Source of the DNA: Octopus vulgaris
Taxonomy: Eukaryota
Assembly (NCBI GenBank): GCA_951406725.2
Contig: OX597814.1
Location: forward strand, 173,600,001-173,664,000
Direction of reading: 5' to 3'
Length of the DNA: 64,000 bases
This document shows, piece by piece, positions 51,390 through 64,000 of the stretch. Each line of letters begins with the position of its first letter. Position 1 is the first letter of the stretch. The notes below the pieces were generated by a model, which had not been told where the DNA came from, searched no databases, and saw nothing but the letters and a program-made list of their open reading frames with translations. The position numbers and the translations under genes are program-made.

Positions 51390-51454
<65 letters not shown>

Positions 51455-52305
51455 CGCAAATATTATGAAAATACTGTTTCCCTTATAAAGCATGTGTTTG
51501 TGTCTGAATATGAATTTATTTTGCTTAGTGTCTGTGCTCCTCCACATCAAAACAACGGAAAAGTCGTTGACAACAAATAGCAGCCCCGCCATCTCTTACA
51601 CTCAAACACCCCCCCCACACACACACACACACGTACGCTGGCGCGCGCACACGTTCTCTTCTCTCAATCGCATAACTATTTCAATGCTACTTAACTTATT
51701 GGATGTCGCAAAAGCGACTGGATATAAACTACAACAACGCATTGGTTAATAGATTTCTTTTAACTACATACAACATTGGTTGGAGGAGTATAAATTCTAT
51801 TGCAGTTGATGAGAGAAGGAATGTCACATATATATTTCAACAACAATAACAATACTAACAACACCAACAACAACAACAACAACAAAAATTTTAGATCTGA
51901 GATTCCATTACATATTTGAGTTCTGTCATTATCTCTCTTCCTTCCCTCCTCTCACTCTCTCTCTCTCTCTCTCTTCTCAATCTTCTTTCTTTCTTTCTTG
52001 ATATCTTTCGCGTGACATTCTATATTTGATGAAAACGCGATCTAGTGGTCATAAGAAATCCTTTTATGCTATGCCTGTAAATATAGTCTTTAAATCTATA
52101 TTTGCTATGTATGGTTTCCTTCCACAAGACAATCTAATATTGATAATGTTCATTCAAGCTGGAAACAGTTCTCGGTTTTGAAACACTAGAATACAATTGT
52201 CTGTAATCAAATAATCTCTCAGACTAAACTGTCACACTTCTTGGAAAAATTCAACAATATCTGTGCTGTTAGTATCGCTTCTTGTCTTTCCTTTGTAGTC
52301 TTTTC

Positions 52306-52340
<35 letters not shown>

Positions 52341-52904
52341 GTCTCTCTATCTCCCCCCCTTCTCTTTCTCGTTCTTTCTCTTTCTTTATCGATTTCTTTA
52401 TTGCAATGTTAAGTTATGGAAGTGAAACCATATTAATGAAACTGTATTTCGAGTAATGATTCTTGCAATGTAACGTCTTTCTTAACAGCTTTAAATTCTT
52501 TATTGTGATAATTCATTTGGAATTCACTTTCAATCCAATTTAATCAAATCAAATGGCGGCCGACACGAGCTACGATCGAAAGTGAAAGTAGAGGGAAGAA
52601 AGAAAGATTGAAGGAAGGAAGGAAGGAAGGAAGGAAGGAAATAAAGCAAGGGTGGGGGACGTGTAAAGAAGAATTTATGCATTGACAAAGGAAAGGTGAT
52701 GGAATGAGAAGTCTTAAAATTAGTGGTGGGTTGAGAGGAAAGGATTTTTAAACATAATCTAAAACTATCAAAGAAATAGAAACAGACGTGAAAATATTTT
52801 TTTCCATATTTTTAGATTCGTCTTAACTACTTAAATATAATGGTGTTATGATTGAGAGTGTGTGTTTGTGCACGGGTGTGTTTGTGTGCGTGTGTGTGTG
52901 TACA

Positions 52905-52945
<41 letters not shown>

Positions 52946-53165
52946 AGAAAGGAACTGAAGAGGATAATATGCGGAGTGATACGGGAAACTCAAGAAAACA
53001 ATGCAGATTACAACTTGGATAAAAGCTATAAACATCAGAGTATTATACACGCTTTGAATGAAATCAGAAGCAATATGAACGTATTGTGTATGTATGTATG
53101 TATGTATGTATGTATGTATGTATGTATGTATGTATGTATGTATGTATGTATGTACATATATATAC

Positions 53166-53636
<471 letters not shown>

Positions 53637-53822
53637 TGCATATAACTCCATATATACATGGGTATATGCATGCATGGATGACCGTATGTTTGATATAAAC
53701 CGTATATAGTAGTGTTAGTTGTGTGCAACAAAATATAATAGCTTGTGATGTTATCTTCCTAACAGTACAAGCGGATATCAGCAAATCTCATCTGTGCAGC
53801 CACTACTCATATCCTGAAGGTA

Positions 53823-53875
<53 letters not shown>

Positions 53876-54759
53876 TGTATATTATATTCAAACAGTTTAT
53901 TTTCTGTAAAACAAGGGTGGCAGCTAAATTTCTTTCTGTTGCTCTCTTACTTGTAAGCTGGCATAAAAGCAAGACTGGGCTAAGCTATTTTAGAAATACT
54001 GTCATTTGTTTCTCTTAGTCTCCAAATATATCTGGAAAGTACAGCAGAAAATCTTCCGTGTTCTCAAATGTGTGTTTGTGCGTGTATTATATTATCTTGA
54101 ATTTATTCACAGAATCAGCATCCAGTTCTTCTTTGGCTCAGTATACTAAAAAAGCTGGTAAGACAGTTTCCACTGAGCATGCAGTAACTAGATTTCATGC
54201 AGTTATCCGTATATAAGTAGAATTACTATTATTGGACAAACAATTAGAAGTAATAGAGTTGACAAGACTAGCGAATTTTTTCAAGAGTGGTACACTTTGA
54301 TAGAATTTCTATTGAAGCTTTTGATTTATCTACATGTCCCAGTATGAAGTTACTCCTTGACCATATTCAAGGGAACAAACTCCAGATTGAATTATATCAC
54401 GGGATATTTCCAGTTCTATTTTTATTTTTGGAATCTAATGGTTTGTGTATGTATAGTATTCTATCTGAATATCCACTGCAATTAAATGTTTCATTGTAGA
54501 AATGTGTGGCTTTTGAAAAAGCGGCTTCATCCAAGGATAAGAATGAAATATTGATTCATAGAATATAAGTTGGATGATTATATTTCTTATTGATATTGGC
54601 CTTTGGCAAGAGAAAATATATTAATATTCAAACTTAAGGTAATATTTAAGCAACTAATTAAAAGACTACCATCTACTGTAATCTTTAAACTTAAAGCACA
54701 AACTATAAATAAAACAAGTCTTCTTAAAGCTATCTTTATAGTGATTATTCATATTTCTA

Positions 54760-54814
<55 letters not shown>

Positions 54815-55373
54815 TGCCCTGATGCAGTACCAGGCAGTGGCTCTCATGGCTTCTGATCTTAACTGATTGGAAGTGTTATCATGTACATTGTTTTGTCTTG
54901 GTATAAAAGATGGGCTACAGCAAATATTCTGCTCAATACCACAGATTTGCTTGTCAGTTGTTTGACCTTAACCAGTTGAGCATGTCCCTTAGTGGCTGAC
55001 GATATGTGCATCTCTGATCACGAGCAGAAGTAGTGGGGGAGCATCATAGCCATGTGTTGAGAGGGATTCTTTGGGGTTTGAATAATTCACCTCTGGAAAC
55101 ATGGGTGGTTCTTTCAACTTCCTTAAACAACCCTTATTCAGGGACCTTTTGAGCAGGACGGTCTACTCAACCTGAAGAAAATTCTAACTGGGCCCCCCCC
55201 CCTGCAAGGTCATGTGCTGTTTATCTTGATATGAGATCACCATTTCGCGCACATATGGTTGTGATGCATGTGCCTGGTGTACCCTTATCAGACGGGTAGT
55301 CATGATGGGTATATTGGGCTTCGTATATATTTACCCCAGTGTCACTTTGATGGCATGAACTGCTCTCTCACTC

Positions 55374-55427
<54 letters not shown>

Positions 55428-55428
<1 letters not shown>

Positions 55429-56960
55429 GTATCAAGTGTTTGATGCCACAAACACTGATTCTGAGGAAAGCAAAGGCTAGGTATGTATTCAAAAGCCGCC
55501 AACGAAAAGCCAACCAATTGTTATTCATGGATGACCTCAAACTTTATGGTTAAGATGAAGCCCAAGTCAGTTCCCTCGTTGATACGGTGTATACCTTCAG
55601 TGCTGATATCAGAATGGAGTTCGGACTGAGAAAGTGTGATATGTTAGTCTTGAAGAGAGGCAAAATGAAATATATGGACGGGCTAACGATACCGTCGGGG
55701 GAGGTTATGTAGCAGATAGAAGAGATGGCTATAAGTACTTGGGTATTTTGGAAATGGATAAACTGATGGAGAAAGAAAGGACACAAAAATTTAAGGTGGA
55801 GTATTTACGCAGATTGAGACTAATCCTTAAGTCGAATTTATACGGACGGAATAAGATCGAAGTTATCAACACCTGGGCGATTTTACTCCTTAGATATGGA
55901 GCAGGGGTAATTGCATGGACAGTAGACGAACTAAACAACTTAGACAGAAAGACAAGGAAGTTGCTAACTAGATATGGGTTACTCCACCCAAAAAGTGACA
56001 CAGACAGACTGTATGTACCAAGAAAAAGAGGGGGAAGAGGGCTTATTGGATACGAACACAGCATTAGAGTAGAAGAAAACAACATAGCATGGTATGTAAA
56101 AAATGCCACAGAACCGCTGTTATTAGAAGGTCAGGCTTGTGTAGGATGAAAGATTGCAAAGCTAAAGCACTATACAAATAATTGAAAACGAATGAAACTG
56201 AAAATAGGTGGATGATGAAAAGAATGCATGGTCAATTTCATAAGGATGTTGAAGATAAGAACAAACAACATAAAATACAGAATAGACAACACAGTAGAAA
56301 GTGATAAGTGCAGAATCTGTGGACAAACCGGTGAAACCGTATAGAATATTACCAGTCAATGTACGCCACTAGCCCAGAAGGAATATAAGAGACGCCACGA
56401 CAATATAGCCAGGCTTGTCCATTGGACACTTTGCAACAAATATGGACTTGGCAGAGCAAAAAATTGGGTCCGATCACAAACCTGAAGGCATCGTTGAAAA
56501 TAGAAATGGAAAGATCCTATGGGATTTTATGATTCAGTGCGACCATGAGATAGAGAATAGGAAGCCGGACATAGTTTTAATAGAGAAAAAAACAAACTAT
56601 GCTGTATCATAGATATAACATGCCCAGCTGACAACAAGGTGTGCGATAAGGAAGAAAGAAAAGTCGAGAGATATGACAGGTTAGCTTGGGAAGTTAAGCA
56701 GTTATGGTCGATGAAAAAGGTAGCAGTACTACCAATAATTGTCGGAGCCCTGGGAACAGTGAGTAAAAATTTCGAGAAGTACGTGGAACAAATAGGAGCT
56801 ACAATAAGGGTGGGGTGGAGCACTTGCAGAAAACAGTACTGCTTGGAACCGCTCGAATACTCCGGAAGGTGCTCGAAAAATTGGAGATGTTACCTTAGTT
56901 CACTGGTAGTGAACAGCTGACACTGTAGTACATCTCCAGAGTTAGAGGCTGTGCAAAGGC
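55428..56960 (+). mobile_element. R4/Dong-clade LINE, 5'-truncated and disrupted
   Basis: LLFMDDLKLY, YKYLG, RLYVPRKRGGRGL, CRICG..ET, RRHD, ILWDF, RKPDIV..IID and IIVGALG (RT, zinc knuckle, restriction-like endonuclease); flanked by (TAA)n. Confidence 0.92.
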
Positions 56961-56973
56961 AATGATGATGATG

Positions 56974-57039
<66 letters not shown>

Positions 57040-57068
57040 TAATAATATTATTAATAATAATAATAATA

Positions 57069-57851
57069 TTGAGAAGCTCAGGACTCAAAGCAGAAACAGA
57101 GGGATTTTTAATTGCAGCACAAGACCAAAGCCTCCCCACCAGAAATTACCAAAAACATGTAATGAAAAGAAATATTACAAGTAACTGCAGAATATGTGGA
57201 GATGGACAAGAAACAATAAATCATATTATCTCTAGCTGCCCAGTCCTGGCTAAGAAGGAATATATTCACAGACATGACAGAGTTGGAACCTACATACATT
57301 GGAAGCTATGCCAACATTATGGAATAACAACAGAAAAAAGATGGTATAGGCACACACTAGAAAAGGTCACAGAAAACGAGAAAGCAACCATACTCTGGGA
57401 TATGCCGATACACACAGATAGAGAAATTAAGGCCAACAGACCAGATATAGTTGTCAGAGACCATGAAGAAAAAAATGCTTTCTAATTGATGTATCAATAC
57501 CGGCTGATGACAACGTGTCTCTAAAAGAAATGGAGAAACTCTCAAAATACAAAGACCTGGAAATAGAGGTAGCTAGAATGTGGAATCTGAAAACAGAAAC
57601 AATTCCTATCATAGTAGGTGCATTAGGCATGATAAAAAAATATTCAGACAAATACATAACAAAAACACCAGGACTTACAAACACATATAACATACAGAAA
57701 ATTGCACTACTAGGCACTGCACACATCCTACGCAGAACACTTTCCATACAATAACCATCAGAGCATCACAACAAATCACAGCACATACCTAAGGCACACA
57801 GAGCTGCGCTCGGTAGTGAAGTGAAAGCACGCTATAAAATTAAAACTACTG
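57069..57851 (+). mobile_element. Second R4/Dong-clade LINE (different family), 3' part
   Basis: ETEGFLIAAQDQ, CRICG..ETINHIISSCP, HRHD, ILWD, RPDIV..LID, KLSKYKDL, IIVGALG; one frameshift near 57475; (TAA)n on both sides. Confidence 0.92.
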
Positions 57852-58609
57852 AATAATAATATTAATAATAATAATACGTACCATCCTATAAATCTAATGT
57901 CTGACATCGGAAAGCAGTTATGGAACAAGTCTTATATACAGAGATATACAGTTTCACATATTTCATAAGGATAAAGGAAAGACGAAAGCCAAATAGATGA
58001 ATGATGAAGACGGAGTAGAAAAATATGGTGACTTTTTTTTTCCGTAACGTTCACTTAAGTGAGTTTTAATAATAGATTCGACCGAGAATAGAAACCAGAT
58101 AACGTAGTTATGTCTGTGAAAAATTGTATTATAGCATCCATGAATTGGTTAACAAACATAAAAAGAGAAACAAAAATCACATGCAAAAATATATAAAAAC
58201 AAAGAAATAAAACGACATACGAAATTAAGCAATGAAATATTTTACTGTGCAAAAAGCAACTTTACGTACATTACAAAGATCATTATAATCAGCTGAACTC
58301 AAAAGTTATAAAGCAAAATCATTAATAAAATTCATCAACTTTAGCAAGCTATCTATAACTGAAGATCAATGTTATTTCCATTCGAAAAACGTTACTGATG
58401 GTTTTGTTTGTTTTTTTCCTTTTCTTCCTGTAATGCCGGAAAGCAAAATATTCATTACTTAAAACCTAATCTATATCATTGTTTTTTTTTGTTTTGTTTT
58501 TTCCACTATAAAGCTGGATGGTTTGTGATGGATGACGGTAATGTAAAATAAGGACATAGAAAATAAAAACTGATATTGGTTATTATTATAATCCTTTTTA
58601 CTGTATTCT

Positions 58610-59150
58610 CAGTTAGTGCTTATTTTATCGAATCCCTAAATGATGAAAGATAAAAATCGGCTGCAGAGGAATTTGAACTCAGAATGCGTAATCAGCAGAA
58701 ATGTCGCGAAGCAGCTTGTTCAGCGGGCTAACGATTCTGCCAGCTCACTGCCCTAGTTCCAAGTAGAAATAATAATAATCATTCTATCGTAGGCACATAG
58801 CCAATCATTTTTGAAGAAGGATTGCAATGATTCCAGCACTAGGCAGATAGTTTATTTTGTCCACACCGGATAAAACGAAAGATAAAGTCGACATCAGAAC
58901 GCAAAGCAATTTGTTCGATGCTCTAACGATTCGACTATTTCCCTGCTCTCACTATAAAGATAATTTCTTACACGAAAGCAAGGTCAGAAATTATATGGGT
59001 GGCGGGGATAGTCGATTGTATCGACTCGGAAGGGAAAAAGGTAAAGTTGGCTTCGGCAGGGTTTGAACTCACAATGATAAAGAGCTGGAACAAATGCCGC
59101 AAGGCAAGTTTGCCCGGCACTCTAACAATTCTGGCAATCCACCGTCCTCT
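58610..59150 (-). mobile_element. Array of degenerate Meta-domain-like SINEs; another copy at ~42370-42548 (-)
   Basis: Repeated GAATTTGAACTCAGAA...ACGATTCTGCCAGCT units. Confidence 0.65.
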
Positions 59151-59343
59151 TAACAATAACTATAATGATTTCTAACATAAGCAAAATATCAGAAACTCGG
59201 GGGAGAAACAGCCGAATAATATCGAAGTATTCAGTAGGATTTCGAATAGAAGGCTAAGTCGACCATGACAGGTTCGGATGTAAAGGGTCATAACTAAATA
59301 CAGCTGTGTATTTTGTATATCCTACTAATAATAATGAAAACGT

Positions 59344-59405
<62 letters not shown>

Positions 59406-59407
<2 letters not shown>

Positions 59408-59613
59408 TTCAGACAAATACATAACAAAAACACCAGGACTTACAAACACATATAACATACAGAAAATTGCACTACTAGGCACTGCACACATCCTACGAAG
59501 AACACTTTCCATACAATAACCATCAGAGCATCACAACAAATCACAGCACATACCCAAGGCACACAGAGCTGCGCTCGGTAGTGAAGTGAAAGCACGCTAT
59601 AAAAATAAAACTA

Positions 59614-59616
<3 letters not shown>
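59406..59616 (+). mobile_element. Short 3'-end copy of the second Dong element within (TAA)n
   Basis: Near-identical to 57641-57851. Confidence 0.9.
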
Positions 59617-59686
<70 letters not shown>

Positions 59687-60554
59687 TTGAATAAATAAAT
59701 AAAATGGAATCAAAAGATGAAGCGGATTGAATAAAAATGAATTTTTATCATTAGTTTATTTGATTTTTATTTTTATTATTTTTATGGCATTTTTCAAAAC
59801 TTAAATTACATTTTTAACTAATTAAAACTTGTGACGCTTGACAAAATATGCATGATGCTTAGACAGCATTTTTTTTTTTTTTTTTTTGCTGACTGTAACA
59901 AGAAGCTGAAGAATTTATACTTAAAGAAGAATGAATGTAAATCAAAAACAATAAAAGAAGATAAAAATCTTTCCAGTTCTTGTTAAAGGCACTTGTTCAA
60001 AACTATGGAGCTGATATAATTACGTCACATGCCATTTTGTAGTTGCTGTTGTTGTTATTGCTGATGAATAAACCTACATTTAAACAACAGGTGTCTGTGT
60101 GTTCTTGGCGACAACAATGTCTTGGAAATGTTTCTTACAATACAAGATTCCTTCGGCTTGTGCATAATTATTGAGGCTGTAAAATAAAAAAAAATATATA
60201 TATATAAGTAATAATTAGGAAATGTTTGCAAGAGTTGATAGTTATCTATGTACTAAAATGATATATAAGTTTGATACAAATAATACACATTTGTAGGTGC
60301 AGTGAGTACAGAATCTAATCAGTTGGATCAACCTCTATTTGTGTGTGTGTGCGTGTGTGTGCGTGCGCGTGTGTGTGTGTGTACGTGTGCGTTTGTGTGT
60401 GCGTGTGTGTGTGAGCACGTGTACCTGTACGTGTGTGTGCGTGTCTGTGTGTGTGTGTGAGTGTGTGTGTGCGCGCGTTTGTGTGTGCGTGTGTGTGTGT
60501 ACACGTGTGCTTGTACGTATGTGTGTGTGTGTGCGCGCGCGTGTGTGTGCAGTC

Positions 60555-60765
60555 GAAGGCGCGTGGCTTAGTGGTTAGGATAGTCGTCTCACGATCGTAA
60601 GGTCATAAGTTCGATTCCTGGTGGTGCTTTGTGTTCTTGAACAAGATGCTTTATTTGACGTTTCTCCAGTCCACTCAGGTGGCAACAATGAGGAGCGCTT
60701 ATAATTCAAACGGCCAACCTTGACATATCCTGTGTCAGGTTGAATCTCCCTGGGCACTATACTAA
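60555..60765 (+). mobile_element. tRNA-derived SINE (head D + partial tail X)
   Basis: GAAGGCGCGTGGCTTAGTGGTTAG...GTTCGATTCC head. Confidence 0.75.
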
Positions 60766-60766
60766 G

Positions 60767-60837
<71 letters not shown>

Positions 60838-60855
60838 ATATGCGAGATTATAAAC

Positions 60856-60934
60856 CTGGAAAAGTACAGGACAAGTTATTACACTTGGAAAAGTTCAGGA
60901 CAAGTTATTACATCTGGTAAAGTACAGAACAAGA
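60856..60934. repeat. 29-bp minisatellite, ~2.7 copies
   Basis: TGGAAAAGTACAGGACAAGTTATTACA units. Confidence 0.85.
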
Positions 60935-61058
60935 AAATATTTACTTAAAATATAGCAGGTAAGGAAAAAATTTCAAATAAAATATTTAGAATTAGAAAAT
61001 ATTAGCTTTTATTACGACTAAAAATTTTATAACAAATTATTACTTCTTTTTGTTATTA

Positions 61059-61590
61059 TTGGGTTGGCAACTAAGTTCCCGTGGTTTTAAAAAAAAATTT
61101 GGAATTTATTGCGTTTTTGAATTTTTGAATCTTTTTTTTTTTCTTTTTTCGATATTTCTATTTTTGAATCATTTTGGAATCTATTTTGTTTTGTTTTGTT
61201 TTTTTCCTAGTTAATTTTAGTTAATTTTTGTTTATTTTCAGATCATTAAAATGGAATGTCAAGTTAAGAAAAACGAACATTTTTGACACCTCCTTCATTT
61301 TGCTTTTAATCAAGATTCTAAGGCCGCAAAAGCTGCTCGCGATATTTGTGCTGTGTATGGAGAGGGTGCAATAGCTGAAAGAACCGCTCGTTATTGGTAT
61401 GCCATGTTCAAAAATGGAAATTTTGACCTCAAAGACACACCTCGTTCTGGCCGTCCAATTGAGTTCGATGAAGAGCGATTAAACCAACCTTTGTACGAAA
61501 ATTCTCGTCAAACGACAAGGGAACTGGCAGAGAAAATCGAATGCTCCCACACTACTATAGAGAAGCATCTTCACTCGATGGGAAAGGTTC
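61059..61590 (+). mobile_element. mariner 5' fragment (TIR plus HTH region, pseudogenised)
   Basis: TA|TTGGGTTGGCAACTAAG; from 61251 MECQVKKNEHF*..AARDICAVYGEGAI..FKNGNFDLKDTPRSGRP..TTRELA; truncated at MGKV. Confidence 0.85.
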
Positions 61591-64000
61591 ACTTTAAAAA
61601 AATTCATGTTTTTAATTAATAATTAGAAAGTTGAAAATAGGTTATAAAAAATAATAGTAGTACATAATTAGTTAGTGCAATAAATAGAATAATACAAAAA
61701 ATAGTTATATATTACAGTAAAATCTACTTATGACAACAAATTTAAAGTAAAATTTGCTTGAGTTATTGCCTAAGTTATTGCAAAGTCTTCGCATTTCTGG
61801 TCTTGACCCAATGCTTATTTTTTTACATAATGAATCTGCCTACCGTATATACTATTTATTTTGCATAAAACTTTAGCTATATTGGTACTTCTAGCTCTCA
61901 TTTTATAAGTATTCTAGTGTGTCAATATTTTAACAAAATGATGGTACTTTTTAAAATTATAATGTTACATTGTAAATTAAAATCAAATGTTTTCTAATAT
62001 TCAAATTTTATTCTTAACTGCAATGTAAATAATGATAAAATATAGTCTGGAAACTTCTTGGAGACACAAGGTGTGTTATTAAAGCTTACCTAGACTATAT
62101 CTCCAATGAAAGAAATTATTAGTAGCTCATAGCTGTATACAGTGTACAAAATATCACACACACACACACATACACACACACACACACACAAAATAACACC
62201 AACGCTCACACGGGCCACGGATTTCTGACTGACTTTGGAGTACCTAATTCGCGGAATTTTTACTACTGTCGGATTACACTACCTTGTTCATTCGGAATAC
62301 GCCATTCCTGCACCTTGACGTAACTGAATAAGGATTTCGCTATTTGAAGACAAGACCGCAAATTACTCAGAAGTGGTTAGATTGATTTTAACCGAGTCGA
62401 CCTGAGCTAGATTTCAGCACAAGATGTAGAGACGTGTAATTAATGCTGTAGAGCATTTCGTGAGACACTCAATCGATTCTGACACTTGAACAAAATAAAG
62501 AAAGGCAAAATTTATACAGGCATTCGTGCGATAAATAATGTTAATTGTTTCATCTCTCATGGTGTTAAGTGTCTACTAACAGATGACTAAGTCCCATTCC
62601 TAATATCTTTAGAGAAAATAGGAATAAAAGTTGTGAAGTCTAAACCTTTTCAACATGATTAATAGTATAATTGAAATGAAATGACTGCAATCGGAAAATC
62701 GAAACCAGATTGTCGACTCAGTTTTCGGATGCAAACTGTCCACTCGTAAGTTATGGACCGTTCCTGTTTTTCCCAAGAGCAAACGATACTAAACTGTAAA
62801 TATGAAAATATTTATATTTAATCCCATTGATAATTAAATACATTTTGTGGCAGCTGAGAGAGTTTCAAACAGTGTTCAGTGTTAAGTCGTGATTCTTTCG
62901 GCATCTCATCAACAGTGTTGACTCTTTCAGCACCTCACCAACGGTGTAAATTTTATGTAATTGGTTAGAAGTTGCTCTTCCGTCCTGAATTTGTATTCCG
63001 TCGAGGTCAACTTTTCCTTTCGTTATTTTGGGCTCGAGAAAATAAATACCAGTTGAGTATTGGGCGTAACGTAATCAACTAATCCCCTAAAATTCTTGTA
63101 ACTGTGCCAAAATTTGAAACCTTTATTTATCCTCTTTTTCCAACTATGCCACATATTCGGGTTTTCTTTTCTTTTTGTAAGAGATACGACTAATAGCACT
63201 TTTTTTGTAAGTCTTAAACTAGAAGTGAGACTGTGTCCATGGAATTCGTAGCCCATTCATGACTTATAGGTCCTCATATTTGATATGTACATCAATAATA
63301 TATTACTGTTAGACATTTCATAGATCATAAGGTAGGAGAAATGAGACGTAAACTCAATTACCTTAAGAATGAATGCCATAATATTTTACCGGTATGAGGA
63401 ACCAATATCATATTTTACCAAACTAGTTTCGTGGATGCCGACGCAAGACGGTAATACTGGGGAAGATTCACTTATCTAATCGCTTTTCCTTCTCTGAAAA
63501 GGTATCGCTTGTTTAAAACATCTCACATCCCTCATTTGCAAAGTCTCCTTCAGTTTCTGACATTAAACGAAATTGTTTTTTAATCTATAAAATACGGTTT
63601 CAAATAAAAGATGATCTGGAGTAAATTAATCACTATAATTGCCAAGAATGCGGCATCGAGAAATCCCTAAACCCAGTCTTCGTTGGCAGAACAAATTTAA
63701 AAATAAGTAATGAAAACGGTGATTCTGAACTTTTAACATGACACCATGTTCTTTGTTGTAGAATTCTTGCTGTTATCTTTACTGAGAGCGCTAAAAAGTT
63801 ATTACGCCTACACGACAATGCGGCTTTGCAAACCATATGCTTTTAACATTCTAGGCTGTTTAGTAAACGATCTTAACGGACAGGAATAATTATAACCGAC
63901 TTGGCTCTGTCTCCTTGACGTAAGAGAAGAAACGAAAGCAAGCTCATTAACTGCTATCATCATTACCACCGCCAACAATATGATAGCAATAATAACAACA

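Noticed and set aside
60856-60934. 29-bp repeats as a possible CRISPR array
   Set aside because: Direct tandem units without spacers in eukaryotic DNA; a minisatellite.

Overview
AT-rich, repeat-dense animal genomic DNA. The SINE families, microsatellite load and C2H2 gene look like a coleoid cephalopod, probably Octopus (inference from pattern recall, not a search). One convincing host gene is present: a + strand four-finger C2H2 zinc-finger CDS (29716-30234) whose helices resemble ZNF148/281/740. It lies in a CpG-depleted domain (~18.3-37.5 kb) with a possible promoter and first exon near 17 kb. The rest is transposon debris: a Tx1/L1-clade LINE 3' end, R4/Dong LINEs in (TAA)n, RTE and CR1/L2-group relics, mariner and maT transposons, hAT-, piggyBac-, Merlin- and Helitron-like non-autonomous elements, and many modular tRNA-derived SINEs. 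The most notable unannotated signal is a set of hammerhead-ribozyme (HHR) motifs. One has an intact catalytic core (5788-5880, - strand). Several occur as outward-facing inverted pairs in fold-back elements, one of which lies just downstream of the zinc-finger stop codon. There are also two ~330-bp inverted copies of nearby sequence that look locally templated, and a SINE tail shared with the Tx1/L1 LINE. Most ORFs in the track are microsatellite or SINE artefacts. Repeat boundaries were read by eye and are approximate.
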